From Chthoniobacter sp. (GTDB taxonomy: Bacteria; Verrucomicrobiota; Verrucomicrobiia; Chthoniobacterales; Chthoniobacteraceae): DNA of 62,498 bases. The notes under the pieces are model-generated. The model did no database searches and had not been told where the DNA came from. It worked only from the letters and a program-made list of their open reading frames with translations. Position numbers and translations under genes: made by a program. The stretch is from assembly GCA_028293645.1 (NCBI GenBank), contig JAQGOK010000166.1, positions 1-62,498 of the forward strand. Reading direction: 5' to 3'. Position 1 is the stretch's first letter; every line of letters begins with the position of its first letter. Of the stretch, positions 37,175 through 46,500 are shown piece by piece.

Positions 37175-37996
37175 CTACAACGCGGCCGTCGCCGCCAGCT
37201 TGGGTGTTGTCTCACCGAATTCCGCGCTGACGCGAAGTGATTCGCCGCCGCTGATCTGCAGGTCGCGCAGCCGCAAGTCGCCGAGGGAAAAAGCGAGGAG
37301 TGGCACGGTCCGTCCTTCGAATTGCGCGAGAAGCGGTCGGATGTATCCGCCGGCCACATTCGCGATCATGCCGTCCCCGGTGAATCGAAGGTCGGAGAGT
37401 CGCCCGGTGAGTTGATCGTCGATGGCGATCTGTCCACTGACGGTGATTGCGGCGCTCACAATGAACATCTTGGCTGTGACCTCCGCGCGGAAGGAGAGCA
37501 ACCGAGGGCCACGGGAGGTTAGCTCGAGATGGGTTCGCTTGATCTCCACGCCCTGTTTGCCGGCCGTTTCTTTGGCTACTGTATGCAGGAGCTCTTCCAA
37601 CGCGACGCGTTTGGCCTCGATGAGAACGCTCCCGGCCGCTGCCCCGCTCAACGTCAGCAGGGGCTGGCGTTCTGCGTCGCGAGCGTAGCTGAAGCGGGCG
37701 TGATCCGCTCGAATGGCGAGTTCCAACGGAGCGTCCTCGAAATATGCAGGCGCGGCGACGATTTCCATCTTTGCGATGAGAAGCTCGCCGCTCGCTTTTT
37801 CCGCGGCCACTGGGGCTCGCTGTGTCCGACTGGCTTGCATTCCCGTAAGGTCGATTCGGACGGAATCCAAAGCCGGATACATACCTCCCACCTGCACCTC
37901 GTGCGGTGCCACCCCGAAACGTCGCAAGCCCCCTTCGATGGCGATCTTCAGAGCATCTGCGGAGGTCGGAAATTCAGGTCCAGCAAGTGGAAGCAT
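37175..37996 (-). CDS. Hypothetical protein (beta-rich, possibly two related halves)
   Basis: 273-aa ORF filling the gap between prc and recO; no recognised motif. Confidence 0.7.
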   Translation of the reverse strand: MLPLAGPEFPTSADALKIAIEGGLRRFGVAPHEVQVGGMYPALDSVRIDLTGMQASRTQRAPVAAEKASGELLIAKMEIVAAPAYFEDAPLELAIRADHARFSYARDAERQPLLTLSGAAAGSVLIEAKRVALEELLHTVAKETAGKQGVEIKRTHLELTSRGPRLLSFRAEVTAKMFIVSAAITVSGQIAIDDQLTGRLSDLRFTGDGMIANVAGGYIRPLLAQFEGRTVPLLAFSLGDLRLRDLQISGGESLRVSAEFGETTPKLAATAAL

Positions 37997-38027
37997 TGGC
38001 CGAGGCTCACGGGCCGGCGGGGCCTCG

Positions 38028-38600
38028 TCAAGACTCGGGTCCCCCCCTCGCCTCTCGCGTCGCAGTTCCCTGCAGCCGCTTCATTAGCTCGCGTCGCACC
38101 GCTGGGAGATGATGATAAACGCGACCGATGGCTACTGCCGGGGTCGCGCCGGGTTGCCCCTGAATTCCCAAGATGCGGGTGAGTTCTGCTTCAAAGTGTA
38201 GAAGAGCGCGTAAGGAAGCGGGGCGGGTCGCAAGGTGCGAAAAGGCTCTTCGCAGAAGGTCGTAGAGTTCGGGAGCGGGATGGTCGGTTTCTGTAACCAA
38301 CTCCGTGAGCTCCACAAAATACGACGCGAGCGCCACACGCTCATAGTCGTGCCGAAGACCCTCGTGGGCATTTCGCAGCGTCACCTCCCGCAAAATGTGA
38401 AGTTCGCTCCGCCGACTGCGGGCAAATTGGATTTCGGCTTCGAAGAAAAGGTCGAGCTGGCCCGCGAAGCGGCTCTTCGGCTGACGGGCACCCTTCGCCA
38501 CGGTCTTGATGAGTCCGTTCGAAACAGTAAACCAGGTGATAATCAGGCTCGTTTCGGTCAGCTTGGTTTTGCGCAAGAGCATGGCGCCGGTCGTTTCCAC
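38028..38600 (-). CDS. recO: DNA repair protein RecO (short form)
   Basis: ETSLIITWFT...G.IKTVAKGARQPKSRF.GQLDLF; FEAEL. Likely GTG start at 38600. Confidence 0.9.
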   Translation of the reverse strand: METTGAMLLRKTKLTETSLIITWFTVSNGLIKTVAKGARQPKSRFAGQLDLFFEAEIQFARSRRSELHILREVTLRNAHEGLRHDYERVALASYFVELTELVTETDHPAPELYDLLRRAFSHLATRPASLRALLHFEAELTRILGIQGQPGATPAVAIGRVYHHLPAVRRELMKRLQGTATREARGGPES

Positions 38601-38682
38601 GCGGAGGAGTAAGCGCCCGGGCGCCTCCTGGGAAAAGAAATGGTTGCGAGCCCATAACCGGTTCAGTACCTCTGCGGCCCCT

Positions 38683-39009
38683 ATGGCCGACGAAATCAAA
38701 CCCACCAATCCCGCTACTCCTTCGATCGACGCAAGCGCACTGAAGGCCTCCTACGCAAACGTCTGCCGGATCGCGCAGACTCCCAATGAGGTGATTATTG
38801 ACTTCGGAATGAATCCAAACTTTTTTGGCCAGATCCTGGATGAGCCGTTGAAGCTCGACCAGCGCGTGATCCTTTCTCACGACGCCGCGAAACGACTTTG
38901 CCTGCATTTGACGGCTACGATCCAGAACTTTGAGGCAAAATACGGTGTGATCGAGCTCGACGTTGCCAAGCGTCTGAAGCAGCAGCAGCAGCCGCAGATC
39001 GCGAGCTAA
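38683..39009 (+). CDS. DUF3467 family protein
   Basis: YANVCRIAQTPNEVIIDFG...RVILS...AKRL...L...IQNFE.KYG. Confidence 0.88.
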   Translation: MADEIKPTNPATPSIDASALKASYANVCRIAQTPNEVIIDFGMNPNFFGQILDEPLKLDQRVILSHDAAKRLCLHLTATIQNFEAKYGVIELDVAKRLKQQQQPQIAS

Positions 39010-39336
39010 ACTACCTTGCCCGGTGTGCGGCGTGGCCAACCCCACCCGACGCGAATCTTAAAAATAGCGGTTTCCCCGCCTGACATCGTTTGAAGCGACC
39101 TTGGGAAATCGTACTCAGCTGCTTGAAATGCTTCGACATTCCGCGACTCTCTTGCACCTTTGTCGCCCTCGTGGCGGCTAATCTCCCCCAGACTTGGCTC
39201 GAGCTGGTGCGGCAATGCGCGCCCCCGCCGAGCCTGGTTCAATAAAACTTTTTTCTTTCCTGTTGCAGGTCAACTAAACGGTGATAATTATTTCGCCACT
39301 CTCCCGCCAGCGCCCTCTCCCCACGTCATCAATCTC

Positions 39337-42300
39337 ATGAAATTGTCTCCATCTTCCCGCGCGATCGAACCTCTCGAAGCTCGTATCGCTCCCGCAAACG
39401 TGTTCGTCGGGGCGTTCGGTGCTGGTGAGACCACTCTGGATACGGAGTATGTGGAAGCCGGCCCGGCGCTGGACCCCAGCGCTCCGCAGTTCGTGAAGAC
39501 GCTTGGCGGCAGTGATCCAATCTCCCAAGCGGTCGATGGTGGGGCTAACAATACCTACTACCTTAAGCTTGAGGCCGGAGATACGCTGTTTCAGTTCTTC
39601 CCCGGGAACGGATACCAGTCGTTGATCAACGTCACCTCGGGCACTGTCGTGGCCTTTTTCGTTGATGGCGGACAGCTTAACGAATCGGAGCCCGGCGAAC
39701 TCAAAGGCATCGCTCTCGGAACGAAAGTAAAGGCGCAGATCTCTGCCCCCGTGGATGGCGATATCCTGACGATCTACAACGACCAGACCGGCGGACTCGA
39801 TCTCAATCCAACGACGGACATCGGTGGCCTGAACGGCCCCAAGCAGACGATTGGTGACTTAACGATTGGTGGCAGCGTGAACGGTGGGATCTACTCGGGC
39901 GGGGCGATCACCAAACTGACGGTGCAGGGCAACGTTCAGGAGATCCTCACTGGCAAGGCAGCGAATGGCCGCAGCTTTGACCTTTTCACGGGCGCACTCG
40001 GTGGCGAGGGCACGTTGAATATTGCTCCCGCCAGTGGAGAAGCCGGCGGTTCAATCACCAACGTCCGGGTCGGCAGTGTGGGCTTGATCGAGGCAGGCGG
40101 GGGCGGCGCGGGCGGCAAAGGTGGCGTGATTTCCCAGCTCCAGGTGCTCCAGGATTCCGACGGGATGATCATTAAAGCGGGCTCCGGTGGCAATGGAGTC
40201 GCCGGGAAGCCGACCGGTGGCCTCGGTGGCGATGTGACCAAAGTCTACGTCTCCGGTTTTACTGATCCCACGGCCAATGACACGATCCAGATTCTAGCCG
40301 GTGATGGAGGCGTCGCTGCTCTTGGCGGCAAGGGTGGTGCCGGCGGAAAAGCCACGAACGTTTTCGTCGGCTTCGATCTCAGTGCGAATGTGGCGATCCC
40401 ATCCGGACCGTTCCTCTTCGACAACGTTGAAGTAGCATCGGGCAAAGGTGGAGATGGCAAGGTGGGTGGCGTGGGTGGCGCTCTAACCAACGTGAAGATC
40501 CGCGCGGTCACACCTGACAGTGCAGATCCTCTCGTTACTGAACTGGTGGTGAGGGCAGGGAACGGTGGAGCGGCCGTTGAGAACACCGGCGGTGCGGCTG
40601 GTGCGGGCGGCTCCGTCTCACTCGTCGATGTCCGCAATCAGCAGAATCTTGAAGCGGTTGCCTTCGACTCAGATATCCTGGTGCGCGCTGGCAATGGTGG
40701 CTTGGGGAATCCCAATTCCAATGGAGCCGCGGGAGGTTCGGTGACCAGCGTGACGCTACTTGGATTCAACGCTGAAGTGTTTGCCGGCAATGGCTCTGAA
40801 GGTAAGCAAGGCGGTAAAGGCGGCGCTTTGAGCAAACTCGACCTGCTTCAAAGTGATAACATTCTCGCGCATACCCTCCGCATCTCTGCTGGAAGCGGCG
40901 GCAAGGGCGATAACGGGAATGGCGGAATTGGCGGAAACGTTTCGGCCGTGCGCGTCTTGAGCAGCGACTTGTCCGAGCTGACGATCAACGGGGGCACCGG
41001 AGCAAACGGCGGGATCGGAGTGAAGGGGAAGGGCGGACTGGGCGGTTCGGTCAGCGACATCTCCATCACGGACGTGGACACCGGCTTTCAGCTGTCGGGT
41101 GGGCTTTCGATCCGCACCGGGAACGGGGGAGATGGCGATTCGGGTGGCGGCAAGGCCGGTGACCTCAGCAGACTCACATTTTTTGGACAGGATCTGACGA
41201 TCCTCGCGACCAGCGGCATCGGCGGCAATGCGGTCATTCAGGGAAACGGCGGCGCGGGTGGGATCATCAGTGCAGTGAACTTCACCGCAGATGGGCAGTT
41301 TCAAGGCCTGTCGGTGGATGGCACGATCACGGCCGGCTTCGGCGGGGCCGGTGCAGGGAAAGGTGGCGGTGGCGCAGGTGGCGATATCAGGACGGTGAAC
41401 ATCAATGTCGATGGCGACGCCAGGGTCACGGCTGGTGATGGAGGGAACGGAACGGCCCTGAAAGCCGCGGGCCGCGGTGGATCGATCACTTCCACTGGTG
41501 CTTTTGCCCGGGACGGCGAAGGCGTGATGGCGGCGGGTGATGCAGGCGAGATCGGGGGTAAGGCAGCAGCAGGCGGCAGCGTCCTCGGCGGTGGTGGAGC
41601 GCAGCTTTCGGCAATGCGGGCAAACATCGCTCTGAGGGTTACGGGGGGTGATGGCAGCGGCGGCGGTGCGGGCGGTAATATCCTTGGTCTCGCATTCGGC
41701 AGTACCGCGGACAGCCTCAGCCCAACTCCTTCCGGTGATATTCTAATTCAAGCGGGCGATGGATCCGGTGTGGCGAAGACCGTAGGCAAAGGCGGCTCGA
41801 TCGACCGAGTGGATGGCAATGCGAGTTCCGGCGAGAATAAGTTCACCCGTATTCTGGCTGGCGACGGTGGTGGCAGCCCATTGAAGAGCGCACTCGGTGG
41901 CTCAATCACCAACGTGAACATCACTGGTGTGGGCGATGATCAGATCAGCGACAACCGCTCAATCATCGTCGTTGAAGCCGGACACGGCGGCGATACGGCT
42001 TCCGGGAAGAGTGCAGCAAAAGGCGGGGACGTGAAGAATCTCGCTTTCACCAATCTCGATCCGCAAGCCATTGTCCGCAGCGTTGCGGCGGGCGACGGAG
42101 GTGATGCGGCACTCGGCAAGGGAGGCGCAGGCGGCTCCATCGACAACGCCCGGATCATTGGTGGGCTCGACGCCTTCACTGACGCTATCCTCAGTGCAGA
42201 TTTCGGATTCCGTAGCGGCCAAAACTACGGCTATGAAACCATGGGCGGCCTCTTTGCGGGTGCTGCTGGTGCAAGCTCTCCTGGCAAACCATCCATCGCC

Positions 42301-43533
42301 GGCAGCGTGACCAATATTTCCGCTGATTCGATTGCAGTGATCGTTGCCGGACGCGCCGCAGCGCCTCAGTACGCGGAGATCGTCAAGAACATCACTCTGA
42401 ATGGGTTAAATCGGCTGACCACTTCGAGTCCAAGTCCCTTTACAGTGACCTACGGTGACCCTGGGGTGTTTACCACCTCGTTGCTCCCGGGCGATGCAAC
42501 GCCGAACGAGGTCGAGCAAGAGATCAACGATACCGACAACCCGGATCCCGCCGTGCCGGATGTGGACGTGACGCGGACTCAGACCGCTTCCTACCAGATC
42601 GTGAATCGCGAGACCGGTGACATTCAGCAGTTTAGCGGTGAGGAGAACGTCCCTGTTTTCGTCACGGAAGAATCGTCCGGAGGGAAAGACTTCATGACCA
42701 CGGAAACGGTTCCGGGCAGCACCGTCACGAGTGAGGAGCAATACTACAAGCCCTTCACGAACGGCACCTACCAGCTGAGGTTCGGTCCAGACGAGCAACC
42801 GAACTACACAGGCGACATTCCTTTTAACGCCTCAGCCGCCGATGTGCAGACCGAACTCAACAACCTGCCACGGATTATTGAAGCGGGTGGCGTGACAGTC
42901 ACGGGCGACGAGGTCACTGGTTATACGGTGAGGTTCCTGCAGAACGGAGTGCGTGAGACGATCTTCGGCACTGCGAACGTTCAGGAGACTCAGATCGTGG
43001 ACGTGCTGGGAGTAGGCGATTTCACTCTGACCGGTGAAGACGGGACGACGCCCCGCCTGAACGAAAACGCCACCGCAGCCGAAGTGGACACGGCCCTGGA
43101 TGCAGTCGTTCCCGGGGGTGTGACCGTCGTGGATGGCCCTGCAGGAAGCAGCAGCTACATCGTGACCTTCAACGAGCCGGGCGATCAGGACCTGCTTGCG
43201 GGCAGTGAGTATATCCCTCTGGCGAACGCCACCACGTCCAATGGCACGGCCGCCAGCCGTGAGGTGCAGACGCTCAGCTTCGTTTCCAGGCAGACCTTTA
43301 CCCCGGGTGAATATGCAATCGCCAACATCGTTGGGGCGATTGCCGATCCGAATGAGATCAACTCGCCGGTGTTCAAGTACATCGATGTCGATGCCAACAA
43401 CACGTTCAACCCGGGTGATCGTCCGATCGACGGCTTGGTCATGGCGAAGGTTTTTGACCAGACCACTGTTAACTTCACGCCCGAGGCGAAACTCGTCGCC
43501 GGCGTCTTCTTCGACCACAACAACAAGCTTTAA
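39337..43533 (+). CDS. Giant Gly-rich repeat surface protein with LEPR-XLL-like leader (IEPLEARIAPA)
   Basis: About 1398 aa; many AG.GG..G..GG.GG.(V/I) repeats; three C-terminal 'T..(L/I)..(D/N)A.A..V..(A/E)L' repeats. Confidence 0.85.
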   Translation: MKLSPSSRAIEPLEARIAPANVFVGAFGAGETTLDTEYVEAGPALDPSAPQFVKTLGGSDPISQAVDGGANNTYYLKLEAGDTLFQFFPGNGYQSLINVTSGTVVAFFVDGGQLNESEPGELKGIALGTKVKAQISAPVDGDILTIYNDQTGGLDLNPTTDIGGLNGPKQTIGDLTIGGSVNGGIYSGGAITKLTVQGNVQEILTGKAANGRSFDLFTGALGGEGTLNIAPASGEAGGSITNVRVGSVGLIEAGGGGAGGKGGVISQLQVLQDSDGMIIKAGSGGNGVAGKPTGGLGGDVTKVYVSGFTDPTANDTIQILAGDGGVAALGGKGGAGGKATNVFVGFDLSANVAIPSGPFLFDNVEVASGKGGDGKVGGVGGALTNVKIRAVTPDSADPLVTELVVRAGNGGAAVENTGGAAGAGGSVSLVDVRNQQNLEAVAFDSDILVRAGNGGLGNPNSNGAAGGSVTSVTLLGFNAEVFAGNGSEGKQGGKGGALSKLDLLQSDNILAHTLRISAGSGGKGDNGNGGIGGNVSAVRVLSSDLSELTINGGTGANGGIGVKGKGGLGGSVSDISITDVDTGFQLSGGLSIRTGNGGDGDSGGGKAGDLSRLTFFGQDLTILATSGIGGNAVIQGNGGAGGIISAVNFTADGQFQGLSVDGTITAGFGGAGAGKGGGGAGGDIRTVNINVDGDARVTAGDGGNGTALKAAGRGGSITSTGAFARDGEGVMAAGDAGEIGGKAAAGGSVLGGGGAQLSAMRANIALRVTGGDGSGGGAGGNILGLAFGSTADSLSPTPSGDILIQAGDGSGVAKTVGKGGSIDRVDGNASSGENKFTRILAGDGGGSPLKSALGGSITNVNITGVGDDQISDNRSIIVVEAGHGGDTASGKSAAKGGDVKNLAFTNLDPQAIVRSVAAGDGGDAALGKGGAGGSIDNARIIGGLDAFTDAILSADFGFRSGQNYGYETMGGLFAGAAGASSPGKPSIAGSVTNISADSIAVIVAGRAAAPQYAEIVKNITLNGLNRLTTSSPSPFTVTYGDPGVFTTSLLPGDATPNEVEQEINDTDNPDPAVPDVDVTRTQTASYQIVNRETGDIQQFSGEENVPVFVTEESSGGKDFMTTETVPGSTVTSEEQYYKPFTNGTYQLRFGPDEQPNYTGDIPFNASAADVQTELNNLPRIIEAGGVTVTGDEVTGYTVRFLQNGVRETIFGTANVQETQIVDVLGVGDFTLTGEDGTTPRLNENATAAEVDTALDAVVPGGVTVVDGPAGSSSYIVTFNEPGDQDLLAGSEYIPLANATTSNGTAASREVQTLSFVSRQTFTPGEYAIANIVGAIADPNEINSPVFKYIDVDANNTFNPGDRPIDGLVMAKVFDQTTVNFTPEAKLVAGVFFDHNNKL

Positions 43534-43544
43534 TCCTCCCTCGT

Positions 43545-46500
43545 ATGTTTCTTAAACAACTCGCAAAGAACAGCCTCGAAGTGCTGGAGCAACGCATTGC
43601 TCCCGCCACCCTGGCGCCACTCAATGAAGTTGGCTTCAAGCAGGGCGCAGTTGGGACTCCGCTACTCCTCTCCGCCGGCGAAGGTCTCACGACCGGCAAC
43701 GGTGCTGGTTCGGGTAACTATCTCCTCTATGTGGAGAAAGGGCAGGCGCTGGTCTTCACGACCGATCTCAATGGCAACTCGGCGATCGACTTCAATGAGA
43801 TCACCGGCATCGCGGCTGGCGATGGCCTCCGCCTGATCAGCTTCGTGGACATCCATGGAGATATTGTCACAAACCTGCGGTCCAATACGACCCTCAGTGA
43901 TTCGGACAATAATCCTCTCAACGACGATCCAAACCTGAAGGGCGACGGCCGCGTGTTGCTGAACTCGTCCATTGAGGGAATCGAACTCCGATCAGTCCGC
44001 AAGGACGACTTCCGGATCAATCCACTGACGGACACGAATGCGGACGGTGAGGTCGATGACACCTACATCGAGCAGCGCCTTGTCCTCAGCAGCTATTCCA
44101 TCTTCGGGAACGTGCTCGCTGGAAAAAGCTTCGGCGTGGTGGACGGTGGATTGATCATCGATACTGCCGGAAAGCAGCTTCAGTCGGACCTGTTCACCCC
44201 CGAATACACGAATCCAGACCTGTTTTTTGACTTCCAGCCTTCGATTGGCTCCATCAAGACGGGCACCGCGGCTTCGGGGCAGTACTTCAGCTTCGGGATT
44301 TCCTCCGGGAATGACATTCAGGGCCGGATCAACACGTTCCTGCCCGCGGTCGGTCAGATTGGCGGCGACATCGTCGGGGTTCGCGCCGCAAATCCGACGG
44401 CAACCTTTGACATCAACTCCATTGAGGCCGGCAATGGTGGGGTTGGAGCGCGCGGTGGAAATATCCAGGACGTCCAACTCAATGGCGACCGAGCTGGCGG
44501 CTATCGCGTGATCGCCGGCGATGGTGGCACTGGTCCGACGGGCGGAGATGGTGGAGCGATCATCAACTTCGCGGACTTTGGTTCATTCACGAGCCGCGTC
44601 CTGATCCAGACTGGTGACGGTGGCCAGGGGACTACCGGTGCCGGTGGAGCGGGTGGTAATGCCACTTTCGGGAGGCTGAATCTTTTCGCTGGCCTAAATG
44701 TCGTTCTCGGCAACGGCGGCAATGGCTTCAGTGTCGGTGGAAATGGCGCAGATCTGAGCAATGCGATCATCACCACCCCGGAAGGGGCCGTGCCGGCGGG
44801 TGTAAACATGATCGGCTTGGCGACCGACCCCAACAACAAGATGGGAGAACTCGCGAGCGATAGCATCGGCACGCATATCCCTGTGGATTTCAACAAGGAC
44901 GGCGCCGGCGATTTTATCTATACGACGAATAATCCGAGTCAGCTGGTGGTGGTCTTCGGAAATCCGGCGGCCGTGGCGACTGATCCTTTCGCGTGGGGTG
45001 TGGATGAGTTCGGTAACGTTATCTACAAGCGGGTTTATCTCGACGGTCCTTCCAATGCGGAAGGATTGGTCATTGGTGATTTCAACGGAGACGGCAATCA
45101 GGATATCGCTGCTGCCTCCAGTACCGATGGTTCATTTGCCGGAGTGAGTGTCTTCCTCTCGCAGTCCGAAGACCTGAATGACGATGGCAAATTATCCGCG
45201 ACGGAAGATCTGAACAGCAACGGGACCAATGATTTCATCGGGTTCGAATCCAATCGCCAGAGCGTTGTGCCTTCATTGTTCACGGATGCCGTCGGGCGGG
45301 ATGCCCTCCGTCGAGCGGCAGTAAACATCTCCGATCTGGCTGCGGGGGACTTCAATGGAGACGGGTTCACCGATATCGCCTTGGTTGGAACCTTCTACCG
45401 CTTCGATGCCACATTGACCCAGGTCCTCATGGTGATGGTAGCCGATGTCGAGAACGGCAAACCGACGGGACAGTTCTACGCCGATTTCGGTCTGGACGCT
45501 GCACCGACCCGGCCTTTCACCCGCTTGGGAGGCGGCACGGGGGATGTCTTGATCGAAGCGACCCGGCTCAGCGAAACGGCAGACCATGATGTGGTCGTCC
45601 TGGTGAACCAAAGCATCACCTACAATGACCAGAGTGCGATGGAGGTTTACGAGTTTCTAGACGGCGCCGTGCCGGTCGGGTTCTCACTTCTTGGTCAGGT
45701 GGACACGAACCGCAACTTGCCCCAGGGTCAGAACCCGAACATCTCGTTACAAGCCGCGACGGCTCGCGACTTCACGATCCTCGATTATACCGGAATTGAT
45801 CCCATTACGAACCTGCCTGATTACATCCCCGACGGGATTGCGGATCTGGCCATTCTTACGGAAAGTCCACAGGGATTCATTATCGGCATGGCCGGCGATG
45901 GAGACGGTGGCTTTACGGTCACGACTAACCAGGTTAGGGACGATCCGGCGACGCCGGCCGTAAATGAAGAGTCGCAGAACTCCGGCATCTTTTTCGGAGA
46001 CCGTGGCGACCAAAACAACGGCGGCTTCGGCCTACAGACCGACCTGGTTGGGATTCGCGTGACCGACAAAAACGAGGACGGTGACTATGACGAGGTCGCC
46101 ATCTTACAGTACGGGTACAACGGCAATGTGATCGTTGTGCATGAACTCGCCTTCGAAGGCGGCTCACCGAACAATCAGGGAGCTGCATCTCCCTCGACAT
46201 TTGCGAGTCGTTTTGCTGGCGACCAGATCAGGTCGATCATCGCCTTTGACACCGTCATTCCCACGGTGGCTGATCGCACCCAACTTCCAGCGGGAACCGG
46301 GCTGAAGACGCTGGTCGGTGGGATACAGCCTATTCTGGACGAGGGGCGTCGGCTTGGTGTGGATTTCCCGGAGCTCCCAGGGCTACCCATACCACTGTCG
46401 GAGAACGGCATAAGGATCACCGCTGGTTCTGGCGGCGACGCGCTGGTCGGCAAAGGAGGAACTGGTGGGTTTATCGGCGGGGGCTTGAAGCTCACCGCAA

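Noticed and set aside
39160-39336. Upstream extensions in the ORF track (also for uvrA, TolC, PSD1, pyrE, glgA, ptsN, prc, recO, DUF3467, metF and others)
   Set aside because: The extensions overlap neighbouring genes or promoters; family motifs and signal peptides begin at the downstream starts used here
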